Positions 8,391 through 16,279 of a stretch of 25,344 bases of DNA are shown piece after piece. The translations under genes and the position numbers were made by a program. Source of the stretch: Candidatus Diapherotrites archaeon CG10_big_fil_rev_8_21_14_0_10_31_34 (GTDB lineage Archaea > Iainarchaeota > Iainarchaeia > Iainarchaeales > 1-14-0-10-31-34). Below the pieces are notes generated by a model that had not been told where the DNA came from, ran no database searches, and was given only the letters and a program-made list of their open reading frames with translations. How positions within the stretch are numbered: position 1 is the stretch's first letter; the number at the start of each line of letters is the position of its first letter. The stretch spans positions 6,296-31,639 of the forward strand of contig PFAI01000021.1 of the NCBI GenBank assembly GCA_002763225.1, read 5' to 3'.

Positions 8391-8987
8391 ATGGTTTATT
8401 TCAGCAATGGTCAGAAAAAAGCAGTAAAAGGAGAATCAAAACATCCTCAGCTTCAAGCTAAAGCTAAAGATAAAATTAGAAAAATGCCCGAAGTAATAGA
8501 AGAAATTAAGCTTGCTGTCTATTCCCGTTTTGGTAAGGAATACAGACAAGAAATATTTGCTGCTTTTGCTAAAGAATTTTCTGCTCAGGATTTTTTTGAA
8601 ATATTTGAGGCAATGCCTATAACAAAACAAAAAGAGTTTATTAGAGAATTGCACATGAGAAGTGGCGCAATACATATAAAAATGTACAACTTCTTAATGT
8701 CAAATTATAAAACAATTGAAGCCGATCTTGATTGGCTAAAGAAAAATAAAAAATATTTAAAGGCGCTTTATGAAGTATCAAAACTTGGAGTAATACAGTC
8801 AGAAAATGAGATTGGTGTTTCTGCTGGCATGTTAAAAACCTTAAATGATAAAAATTTTCTTTGGAAAGAAGAGAATTATAAGTATTATGGGGTAAAGAAA
8901 AAACGGAAAAGAAGGAAAAAACCATTGAGAATATATTACGAACTTTCATCTTATGGAGAATGGCTTCTTGAAAAAATTCCAAAATAG
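8391..8987 (+). CDS. Hypothetical protein with C-terminal winged-helix-like domain, candidate repressor
   Basis: GVSAGMLKTLNDKNFL...YYELSSYGEWLL wHTH-like end; divergent from the replication operon. Confidence 0.6.
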   Translation: MVYFSNGQKKAVKGESKHPQLQAKAKDKIRKMPEVIEEIKLAVYSRFGKEYRQEIFAAFAKEFSAQDFFEIFEAMPITKQKEFIRELHMRSGAIHIKMYNFLMSNYKTIEADLDWLKKNKKYLKALYEVSKLGVIQSENEIGVSAGMLKTLNDKNFLWKEENYKYYGVKKKRKRRKKPLRIYYELSSYGEWLLEKIPK

Positions 8988-8989
8988 TT

Positions 8990-10318
8990 TTATGCTTTTA
9001 GTCCTGCTTTCTGAATTATTTTGATCGCTTGTGGTTTACTCATTTTTTGGAATTCTTCCATTAGCTTTAGCAGGGCTTCTTGGTTTTGCCTGTCTTTTTC
9101 TCTTTCTTGTTCAATTTTGACTAATTTTTCTTTGAGTTCTTTTAATTCAGTTTGCTGGACTTTAGAGACAATTCTTTCATCTAATCTGTTGCCGCATACG
9201 CAGACACTGGAAAAAGGGCTGTTTAGTTCACCGCATTTCTTGCAGGTGTCAGGCAGTTTAGGCTTTAATTCGTCTTTATTGAAAAAGCCGTCCATTGAAT
9301 CAATGTATTTGGCAGTAGTTTTTTGGGCAATATGAGTGTAACGCTGAAGCATTCTTCCGCCAATTCTTTGCCCGACATGTTTTTGGATTACTGCATCAGG
9401 CCAGCTTAACCTCTTCAATAAAGTAATGCCTAAATGCCTTAACTGCCTTGGAGTAACCTTTTCAACATTAATATTAAGCCTTCTTGCAGTGTTTTTTAAT
9501 TGCTTAACAAAAGCTTCTCTTGTCATCTGCCTTAAACCATAATAGCAGTCATTCAATACAATAAAAGGAGAATCCAAAAAAATTTTATCAAATTTCAAGG
9601 GATGGCCTTGACAACCAATTCCATTCAAGTAACTCCAAACATATTTTGTTGCCCAAGTATGCCTTTGAATTCTTTTGCCTGTCTTGCCTTTAATTACAAC
9701 ATTCATTTTAACTGGCCTGGAAGTTAAATCCCCTAACCTTACTTCTTCATCGTTTTCCTTCAAAAACTTAAAAGAACTGACAGTTAAATTGTATTCCCCT
9801 GAACGCAGGCAGCCCTGAATGCCCATTAAAAACAAGGCAAACCATTCAATTGATTTTTTTCTCCATTCCTCTAACAATAAAATGAATTCTTCATCTGAAA
9901 GAATTTCATCTTCATCTAATTCATTAATTGTTTCTTTAATGCAAGGAAACTCTAAATCAAAGCCCTGAAGTTCAGAAGAATTAAACTGCTTTAAAACGAG
10001 TTTTCCAACCAAACGATACATTCTCTTAGAAGAATTAGAAATATCTTTTTTTTCCAGCAAAACTTTCCTTAAATCTGCTTTAGTGAATTCACTGAAAGGC
10101 TTTTGAATGATTTTAGCTATTTGAAGGCCTTTATCCAAATAAATTAATTCCCTCACTAAACCAAAGTTTTTGCCGGAAATAGATTGCTCTTCTTTATGCT
10201 TTTCAATTAATTTTTCAGAATCAGCTAAAAAATTGCTTCCAAGCTTTGAAAAAGCTTGTTTCATTCTCTTGATTTTTTTTCCAACTTTAAAATAGTCTTC
10301 AGAATACTTTAAGGACAT
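8990..10318 (-). CDS. int: Tyrosine recombinase/integrase with C-terminal Zn ribbon and coiled coil
   Basis: GCLRSGE, KGKTGKR, TPRQLRH, MLQRYTH, CKKCG...CVCG; start moved to MSLKYS because AGGAGG RBS and TTTAAATA lie upstream. Confidence 0.9.
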   Translation of the reverse strand: MSLKYSEDYFKVGKKIKRMKQAFSKLGSNFLADSEKLIEKHKEEQSISGKNFGLVRELIYLDKGLQIAKIIQKPFSEFTKADLRKVLLEKKDISNSSKRMYRLVGKLVLKQFNSSELQGFDLEFPCIKETINELDEDEILSDEEFILLLEEWRKKSIEWFALFLMGIQGCLRSGEYNLTVSSFKFLKENDEEVRLGDLTSRPVKMNVVIKGKTGKRIQRHTWATKYVWSYLNGIGCQGHPLKFDKIFLDSPFIVLNDCYYGLRQMTREAFVKQLKNTARRLNINVEKVTPRQLRHLGITLLKRLSWPDAVIQKHVGQRIGGRMLQRYTHIAQKTTAKYIDSMDGFFNKDELKPKLPDTCKKCGELNSPFSSVCVCGNRLDERIVSKVQQTELKELKEKLVKIEQEREKDRQNQEALLKLMEEFQKMSKPQAIKIIQKAGLKA

Positions 10319-10380
10319 AAGTAAGTTCCTCCTATTGAAATATTTAAATTCTAAGGAGGGAACCTTACCTTTTTCCTTCA

Positions 10381-10567
10381 CGCCTTGGCCGGGATTTGAA
10401 CCCGAGTCACAGCCTCTCCGCTTTTTTCCAAAATTTATGTTTTTGTTCAACCTTTTTTTGAAAAAGGTTGTTTTGATACAACTTTTTTCTAAAAAGTTGT
10501 TTTTGCTAAAACTTTTGGAAAATTTTTTTTTGACAGGGCTGGATCCTAACCACTAGACCACCAAGGC
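10381..10567 (-). tRNA. tRNA-Asp(GUC) with a 115-nt intron at 37/38 (intron 10416-10530)
   Basis: Acceptor GCCTTGG/CCAAGGC, G73; anticodon stem CAGCC/GGCTG; loop CT-GTC-A; T-loop TTCAAAT; central helix CUGU/GCGG plus a 3-nt 3' bulge. Confidence 0.95.
10441..10530. repeat. Three tandem 30-bp TTTTGNT-palindrome units inside the tRNA-Asp intron
   Basis: TTTTGTT, TTTTGAT, TTTTGCT at 10441, 10471, 10501, each followed by a palindrome (third imperfect). Confidence 0.85.
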
Positions 10568-10631
10568 AGAATAAGTTATTCTAAAATAAAAGTCCAGAAA
10601 AAAGTTTAAAAAAGAATAAGAAGCAAGGCTT

Positions 10632-10862
10632 TTAAAGCCCTAAAGCTTCATCTATTCTTGCTTTATCAAAACCAATGATTATTTTGCCGTTAATATCCAA
10701 AACAGGAACTCCCTGCTGGCCTGATTTTTCAATCATTTCATGGCCTTTTTCATGGTCCTGAGAAACATCAACATCTTCAAATTCAATTCCTTTTTCTTTT
10801 AAGTAATTTTTAGCCATATGGCAGTAAGGACAGGTTTGCGTTGAATAAACTATTACACTCAT
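10632..10862 (-). CDS. Glutaredoxin-like protein (NrdH/YruB family)
   Basis: CPYC active site, SGQQGVPV, IGFD; GAGGTGA RBS. Confidence 0.92.
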   Translation of the reverse strand: MSVIVYSTQTCPYCHMAKNYLKEKGIEFEDVDVSQDHEKGHEMIEKSGQQGVPVLDINGKIIIGFDKARIDEALGL

Positions 10863-10887
10863 TTTTTCACCTCAAATTTTTAAATGC

Positions 10888-11139
10888 TTAAAGTTTTTTT
10901 GCAGTATTCAAAAGCAGTTTTATTTTACTGCTGTTTAACACAATGCACTGAATGTTTTTGCCTTTTTTCTGCATTGATATCAATTTTGCGTCCCGTAATT
11001 CTTTTAAATGCCTTGAAACAGTTGAAGGATCCAGCTTAAGTTTCTTTGAAAGAGTTTTATTGCATGCTTTGCTGTCTTTTAAAAGAATTTCAAGGATTTT
11101 AATTTTTGAATCACAGGAAAGGGCTTTAAACACTTGCAT
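10888..11139 (-). CDS. ArsR/SmtB family regulator
   Basis: FKALS...KILEIL...STVSRHLKELRDAKLI; start placed at ATG 11139. Confidence 0.88.
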   Translation of the reverse strand: MQVFKALSCDSKIKILEILLKDSKACNKTLSKKLKLDPSTVSRHLKELRDAKLISMQKKGKNIQCIVLNSSKIKLLLNTAKKL

Positions 11140-11141
11140 AA

Positions 11142-11157
11142 TTGTACAATTGTACAA
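11142..11157. promoter_or_regulatory. Perfect 16-bp palindrome TTGTACAATTGTACAA, candidate ArsR operator
   Basis: Lies between a minus-strand TTTAAAAA box (about 11163-11170) and the ArsR ATG. Confidence 0.65.
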
Positions 11158-11175
11158 AACTATTTTTAAATCTTT

Positions 11176-11916
11176 TTATTCAAGCAAAAGCAACATTACT
11201 GCTATTCCTGCAATAAAACTTATCAGTAATAAAATTGATTTTTTCAAGTCATATTCTTTGTGTAATTCTGGAATCAAATCGCTTCCTGCAATATAAATGA
11301 AGTTTCCTGCTGCAAAAGGAAGTAAGAAAATCAGTAAATTTTCCATCATGGCTGAAGCTAATACAACTATTCCTGCTCCAATTACTGCGGTTAAAGCTGA
11401 AACAAAATTCATTAATAATGCTTTTTTTCTTGTAAATCCGCTGTAAATTAACACTCCGAAATCTCCTATTTCTTGTGGTATTTCGTGGAATATTACTGCC
11501 ATTGTTGTAGCTATCCCTAATGTAGTGTCTGCTAAATATGCTCCTGCAATAATCATTCCGTCAATTAAATTGTGTACTCCGTCCCCGATTAAATTCATGT
11601 AACCAAAACTTTTCAGTTCACATTTTCCTGCAGGAAAACCATGGCAGTGATGCCAGTGAATTGTTTTTTCAATTAAAAAAAACACAACTATTCCTGCTAA
11701 TAATGCAAGTGAAATGTCTATTCCAAAACCATTTTCTTTTACTGCTTCAGGCAGTAAATGCAAAAAAGCTCCTCCAAAAAGAGAGCCGGCAGAAAAGCTG
11801 ACTAAATACAATATTATTTTGCTTAAAAATTCTCTGTTTAATCCAATAGTTAAAACTCCAACTAAAGACATTAAGCTTACTAGTATTACGCTTCCAAAAA
11901 TATAAATTAGTTCCAT
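11176..11916 (-). CDS. ZIP family metal transporter
   Basis: AFLHLLPE, HWHHCH loop, GDGVHNLIDG, HEIPQEIGDFGVL. Confidence 0.95.
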   Translation of the reverse strand: MELIYIFGSVILVSLMSLVGVLTIGLNREFLSKIILYLVSFSAGSLFGGAFLHLLPEAVKENGFGIDISLALLAGIVVFFLIEKTIHWHHCHGFPAGKCELKSFGYMNLIGDGVHNLIDGMIIAGAYLADTTLGIATTMAVIFHEIPQEIGDFGVLIYSGFTRKKALLMNFVSALTAVIGAGIVVLASAMMENLLIFLLPFAAGNFIYIAGSDLIPELHKEYDLKKSILLLISFIAGIAVMLLLLE

Positions 11917-11941
11917 TACTTATTAGTGAATGAAATTTAAT

Positions 11942-12733
11942 TTAATTGTTTGTTTTGTTGTTGTAATTATAATAAACAATTAATTCTCCGTTTTTGTTTC
12001 TTAAAAATAACTGGTCTTTGTCATTATTCCATGTATTTCCGTTTCCCCAATAAAACTCATTTCCTCGTTCTATTCCTTTTGCAGAGAAAACTCTTACAAA
12101 ACTTTTTTCTTTTAATTGAATTGCAGGAAAAAAATACAAGTTTGTTGCTTCATCTTTTAGATAAAACCCGTTTAAATCAATTGAATAATTACAATTATTA
12201 GAGAATTCAACGAATTCCCCCATAAACGTGTCTTGATTGAATTCAAATCCTGAAAGGGAAATGCATTTATCCAAAAAATATTTTTGTTGGGATTCTTTCC
12301 ATAAACAGCCTTTTTTTTCTTTCATTGCTTTTTTTTGCAGTTCATCAAATTCATTTATTTCTTCGTAAGAATAATAGTGTCCTAATCCTTGTTCAAGTAT
12401 TTTTTTGTTAATGCTTTTTCCTTGAACACAGACATTTCCTAAAAGCCTTCCATAAATGTCTGTTTCATTTCCCTGAACCAAAACTTTTTTTCCTAAAACC
12501 TGTTTTTCCAGAAATTCTTTTGCTTCTTGAAAACAGCCTTCTTTTTTTTCAGGAGTATTTATTCCTGCAAGCCTGATTTTAGTGTTTTCTGATTCAATTG
12601 TGTCTCCGTCAATTACTCTTGTTACAATAAAAGTTTTTCCTTGAGTGCAGTCAAATTCAGTTCTTTCTTGAATACATGCAAATAAAAAAATTAAAAGAAA
12701 TAAAAAGAAGTAAAGAGAAAATAATTGTTTTAT
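11942..12733 (-). CDS. Thermonuclease (SNase) plus lamin-tail-domain lipoprotein; no canonical in-frame start
   Basis: Frame stays open 84 codons upstream of the track ORF: IKQLFSLYFFLFLLIFLFAC...RVIDGDT...IRLAGINTPE...DIYGRLL; LTD motifs EFVEFSN, IDLNGFYLKD, WNNDKD. Confidence 0.8.
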   Translation of the reverse strand: MKQLFSLYFFLFLLIFLFACIQERTEFDCTQGKTFIVTRVIDGDTIESENTKIRLAGINTPEKKEGCFQEAKEFLEKQVLGKKVLVQGNETDIYGRLLGNVCVQGKSINKKILEQGLGHYYSYEEINEFDELQKKAMKEKKGCLWKESQQKYFLDKCISLSGFEFNQDTFMGEFVEFSNNCNYSIDLNGFYLKDEATNLYFFPAIQLKEKSFVRVFSAKGIERGNEFYWGNGNTWNNDKDQLFLRNKNGELIVYYNYNNKTNN

Positions 12734-12747
12734 TCATTTTCCCCTTT

Positions 12748-12945
12748 TTATTTTTTTGGCATTGAACAACAGCAGATTCCCATTGCAACCATTATTCCTG
12801 TTATTACTGCAATTATTGGCCAGATTACTGTTAAATAAGGCAGAGTCCAGACATTAAAGTATGCTAGAAAACCCAGTACCCCAACAATAATTAGTGCTCC
12901 TCCTTTGCAATAACATTTATTTGAACAATTGCATTTTCCTTCCAT
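12748..12945 (-). CDS. Small two-TM protein with Cys-rich ends (LiaF/DUF5668-like)
   Basis: GALIIVG...IWPIIAVITG; AGGAG RBS. Confidence 0.7.
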   Translation of the reverse strand: MEGKCNCSNKCYCKGGALIIVGVLGFLAYFNVWTLPYLTVIWPIIAVITGIMVAMGICCCSMPKK

Positions 12946-13004
12946 TAAATCTCCTAATAAAATACTTAATCAGGCTTAATAAATATTTGTTTTATTCTTT
13001 TTTT

Positions 13005-13307
13005 ATGGATTCTTTTCAACAGGTTCTTTTTTGGCTGATTGCTGGTTCTAAAGGCGGAACTAACAGGGCCAGAATTCTTTTTGCTTTGGAAAAAGAGCCA
13101 ATGAACTCTAATGTTTTAAGCAAAAAAGTTAAATTAGATTACAAGACTACCCAGCATCACATTAACCTGCTTTTAGAAAACCATTTAATTGTCAGGACAG
13201 GAGACAAATACGGACAGATTTTTTTTATTTCCCCTCAATTAAAGGATAACTGGAGTTTGTTTAAAAAACTGTTTGAAAAGAAAGTTTTAAAGGAGGAATC
13301 AAAGTGA
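13005..13307 (+). CDS. Archaeal ArsR-like wHTH regulator
   Basis: FWLIAGSKGGTNRARIL...PMNSN...LDYKTTQHH...GDKYG; start placed at ATG 13005. Confidence 0.88.
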   Translation: MDSFQQVLFWLIAGSKGGTNRARILFALEKEPMNSNVLSKKVKLDYKTTQHHINLLLENHLIVRTGDKYGQIFFISPQLKDNWSLFKKLFEKKVLKEESK

Positions 13308-13717
13308 AACTAAATAAATCAAATTTGATTTTAACTGCAGGAGTTTTAATTGCAACTTTTGTGTTTATTTATGTATTGTCTTTTTTGTCTTATTATTTTA
13401 TGCCTCAAAGGCCAATGGGAATGAGAGCTTTTTTTGAAGACTTTATTTTAATTAAAACAGTTATTTTTTCAGTTAATACTGTTTTGCTGGTTTACCTGAT
13501 TTACAATTATGTTTCTCTTTACAATGAAGTTAAATCCCAGTTTTCTTTGGGGTTAATTACCATGAGCCTGGCTTTATTTTCTTTTGCAGTTACTGACAAC
13601 CCTTTATTTCCTTTATTGTTTGGCTTAAGAGGAGCAGGAATGGGTGCACTAACAATAATTCCTTCACTATTCACTTTAGTTGCAGTATTAGTTTTAATTT
13701 ATTTAAGCAGAAAATAA
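13304..13717 (+). CDS. Four-TM membrane protein coupled to the wHTH gene
   Basis: GTGA overlap, GGAGG RBS, hydrophobic segments with KSQFSLGL. Confidence 0.8.
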   Translation: MKLNKSNLILTAGVLIATFVFIYVLSFLSYYFMPQRPMGMRAFFEDFILIKTVIFSVNTVLLVYLIYNYVSLYNEVKSQFSLGLITMSLALFSFAVTDNPLFPLLFGLRGAGMGALTIIPSLFTLVAVLVLIYLSRK

Positions 13718-13767
13718 ACCCTTTTCAAAGGGTTTAACCAAATGTACGGCATAAAGCCGTACTGCAA
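13715..13767. repeat. Free-standing double-hairpin copy of the tRNA-intron repeat
   Basis: TAAACCCTTT-TC-AAAGGGTTTA, spacer, GTACGGC-ATAAA-GCCGTAC-TGCAA; aligns with 21792-21845 on the minus strand. Confidence 0.8.
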
Positions 13768-13820
13768 GAGTTTTCTTTACAAATCAAAAAAGTTATAAAT
13801 AACAAAGCACTAATTAATGC

Positions 13821-14142
13821 GTGGACTTAAATTATTTTTTGAGCAAAAAAGGATTAACCTAAATTGGTTTAGGGGTTTTAGGGGTAATTGTTTTTTTTTC
13901 TGCTCCCACTGTTTTTCAAGTAAGTGATTCTTTTTTACTTCCAGCATTTTTTTTAATTATTTTATTTCTTTTTCTTTGTTTTTGAATGGTTAAATAGATC
14001 AATCTCTAAAGAAAACATCAGCCTAATAGAAAGACTAACATATGGAGTAACTTTTACATTACTTTTATTATTTTTTGTTGCAATATTCTCTTTTATATTA
14101 GGTGATGCTATTGGAAATTTTATCACTTTGTTTTTTGGATGA
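13821..14142 (+). pseudogene. Disrupted small membrane protein gene
   Basis: TTATAAAT about 25 nt upstream of GTG 13821; in-frame TAA 13860-13862; frameshift between about 13957 and 13982; hydrophobic frame ends at TGA 14140-14142. Confidence 0.5.
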
Positions 14143-14193
14143 TAGTTTCAGTTGGCTTAGTGCGTTTAATAGGCATTCATAAAATTCTAAAAT

Positions 14194-14232
14194 AAAAAAA
14201 AGAGGGGAGAAAGAAGGGCAAAGCCTTCTTTC
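14194..14232 (-). terminator. Hairpin plus oligo-T, candidate terminator
   Basis: GAAAGAAGG/CCTTCTTTC stem 14209-14232, followed on the minus strand by a T run, downstream of 14259-14837. Confidence 0.4.
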
Positions 14233-14258
14233 AGTTAAAGGGATTGTTTAATCCTTTA

Positions 14259-14837
14259 TTAGGTTGTTGTGTCAGAGAAAGGGCAGTCTCCAAAATTTCC
14301 TTTCATTCCGATGCCTTTTCCTTTAAAACCGTTTGCTCCGTTTATTTCTTTGAATCCGCTTTTTCCGAAACCGTTTTCTAATCCAAGTTCTTTCATGATT
14401 GTTTTAGCTGTTTCAATGTCTCCTGACTGCATTGCTGAATGCATTTCTGAAAGCAAAGAAAAGTTGTCTTCTGTTATAATTGAAAGCATTTCTGTGTTTC
14501 TTGGGTTATTGTTTTCTTCCATTAAAGTTTTCCAGGTTGCATAGTCCTGATTTTCTATTGCTGTCTGAATTGCTTTCATGTTTTCTGTCATTTTTTCCCT
14601 GTTTTGGTTTCTTTCCTGCATTGTGTTTCTGATTGCATTAAAGTTTTCTTCAGTTAACTGGTTTTCCTGCAGTTGTTTCCATTCCTGAAAGTCATTGTTT
14701 TCTATTGCTGTTTTTATTTCCTGCATTGCATCTGAATTAAACTCTAATCCTGTTCCAAAGTTTCCTTTGAAAGCCATTGCAGTTCCTGCTGCAAGCAATA
14801 CAAACAGGATTCCTATTCCAAGTATTTTGTTGTTCAT
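14259..14837 (-). CDS. Secreted helical protein with an internal duplication
   Basis: Signal peptide ending TAMA; TAIENNDFQEWK and TAIENQDYATWK repeats; Gly-rich tail; GGAGGT RBS. Confidence 0.85.
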   Translation of the reverse strand: MNNKILGIGILFVLLAAGTAMAFKGNFGTGLEFNSDAMQEIKTAIENNDFQEWKQLQENQLTEENFNAIRNTMQERNQNREKMTENMKAIQTAIENQDYATWKTLMEENNNPRNTEMLSIITEDNFSLLSEMHSAMQSGDIETAKTIMKELGLENGFGKSGFKEINGANGFKGKGIGMKGNFGDCPFSDTTT

Positions 14838-15057
14838 TTTTTTTACCTCCTTTTTGTTGTCAATGAAATACTTTGTTTTGCTTATTTAAAAAGGATTTTC
14901 CAGACTTTCACCCAAATTCAGCCATAAACTCTTTTTTAAAAAAAAGCTGCAACTCAAACCAAAAGTTTAAGTGCACAACAAAATCAAACTTTTGTCAGTA
15001 AACAAAAAAAATGCATTTATTTAAATTCTTATTCCAGTTAAATTTTTTAGTGGTTAA

Positions 15058-16278
15058 ATGAAAAGGAAAAGAAGAAAAAGCATTGAAGTTAAAATAGGAA
15101 AAATAATGATTGGAGGAAACAATCCTGTTGCAGTTCAGTCAATGACTAATACTCCGACTGAAGACATAAAAAAAACTGTTCAGCAAATAAAAGATTTAGC
15201 TGACGCAGGAAGCGAGTTAGTCAGGTTTACAGTAAAAGATGATTTAGGAGCAAAAGCTGTTCCTGAAATAAAAAAACAGTTATTGAATGAAGACTATGAT
15301 GTTCCTTTAATCGGAGACTTTCATTACAACGGGCATATTTTGTTAACTAAGTTCCCTAAGTGTGCTGAAGCATTAGATAAATTCAGGATTAATCCCGGCA
15401 ATGTCGGTTTTGGTTTAAGCAGAGACGAAAACTTTGAAAGCATGATTAAAGTTGCAATACAAAACAGCACTCCAATAAGAATTGGGGTTAACTGGGGTTC
15501 ATTAGACCAATCAGTTTTAAAAAAATTAATGGATGAAAATTCAAAGCAAGGCAATCCAAAAACAAATAATCAGGTAATGATTAATTCAATTGTAACCAGT
15601 GCATTGGAAAGCATTAAAAAAGCAAATGAATTGGGTTTAGAAAACAACAAAATTGTTGTTTCAGCTAAAAGTTCCAGAGTGCAGGACATGATTAAAGCAT
15701 ATGAATTACTTGCAGCAAAATGTGATAATGCATTGCATTTAGGTGTAACTGAAGCCGGACCAGGAATTAAAGGAGCAGTTCATACTGCAGCAGGTTTATC
15801 TGTTATTTTACAACAAGGAATCGGAGACACTATTCGTTGTTCTTTGACTCCAACTCCAGGCGTTAAAAGAACAGAAGAAGTTGTTATTGCAAAACAGGTT
15901 TTGCAGAGCCTGAATTTAAGGAGATTTAATCCTGAAGTAACTTCTTGTCCTGGATGCGGAAGAACTACTTCAACTGTTTTTCAGGAAATTGCATTAAATA
16001 TAGATGAATTTTTAAAGAAAAAAACTCCTGAATGGAAAGAAAAAGGATTCAAGGGATTTGAAGAAATGGAAGTGGCAGTAATGGGCTGTATTGTTAACGG
16101 CCCGGGCGAAAGCAAAAATGCAAACATTGGCTTAAGTCTTCCGGGTTCTGGAGAAACTCCTTCTGCGCCGGTTTTTGCTGACGGAAAACAAATCAAATTA
16201 TTAAAAGGAAATGCAAAAACTCTTACAAAAGAATTCATTAAATTAATTGAAGAATATGTTGAAGAGCATTACAAATAA
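15058..16278 (+). CDS. ispG: (E)-4-hydroxy-3-methylbut-2-enyl-diphosphate synthase
   Basis: VQSMTNT, DFHYNG, RINPGN, RIGVNWGSL, HLGVTEAG, GIGDTIR, CPGCGRT, MGCIVNGPGE. Confidence 0.97.
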   Translation: MKRKRRKSIEVKIGKIMIGGNNPVAVQSMTNTPTEDIKKTVQQIKDLADAGSELVRFTVKDDLGAKAVPEIKKQLLNEDYDVPLIGDFHYNGHILLTKFPKCAEALDKFRINPGNVGFGLSRDENFESMIKVAIQNSTPIRIGVNWGSLDQSVLKKLMDENSKQGNPKTNNQVMINSIVTSALESIKKANELGLENNKIVVSAKSSRVQDMIKAYELLAAKCDNALHLGVTEAGPGIKGAVHTAAGLSVILQQGIGDTIRCSLTPTPGVKRTEEVVIAKQVLQSLNLRRFNPEVTSCPGCGRTTSTVFQEIALNIDEFLKKKTPEWKEKGFKGFEEMEVAVMGCIVNGPGESKNANIGLSLPGSGETPSAPVFADGKQIKLLKGNAKTLTKEFIKLIEEYVEEHYK

Positions 16279-16279
16279 A

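Larger units (their letters stand above)
5579..10380. mobile_element. Integrated element at tRNA-Asp with PICI/phage-satellite-like layout; left boundary not found
   Basis: Integrase next to the tRNA 3' end, divergent regulators, helicase-like NTPase, terS-like gene; no second copy of the tRNA 3' end seen in the window. Confidence 0.75.

Noticed and set aside
10319..10450. Integrase ORF extension through the tRNA 3' half, suggesting an SSV-type split integrase
   Set aside because: An AGGAGG RBS and TTTAAATA box precede ATG 10318, and the upstream ATG lies inside the tRNA intron. Not fully excluded without the distal att site.
10441..10530. 30-bp periodic palindromes as a CRISPR array
   Set aside because: Units are contiguous with no spacers, are divergent, lie inside a tRNA intron, and no cas genes are present.
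10335..10556. 73-aa plus-strand ORF
   Set aside because: Antisense to tRNA-Asp; low-complexity translation of the repeat.
14929..14946. CTTTTTT/AAAAAAG symmetric stretches here and near 5503-5521 and 17901-17920 as extra repeat copies
   Set aside because: They lack the outer stem and the TTTTGNT foot; expected by chance in AT-rich DNA.
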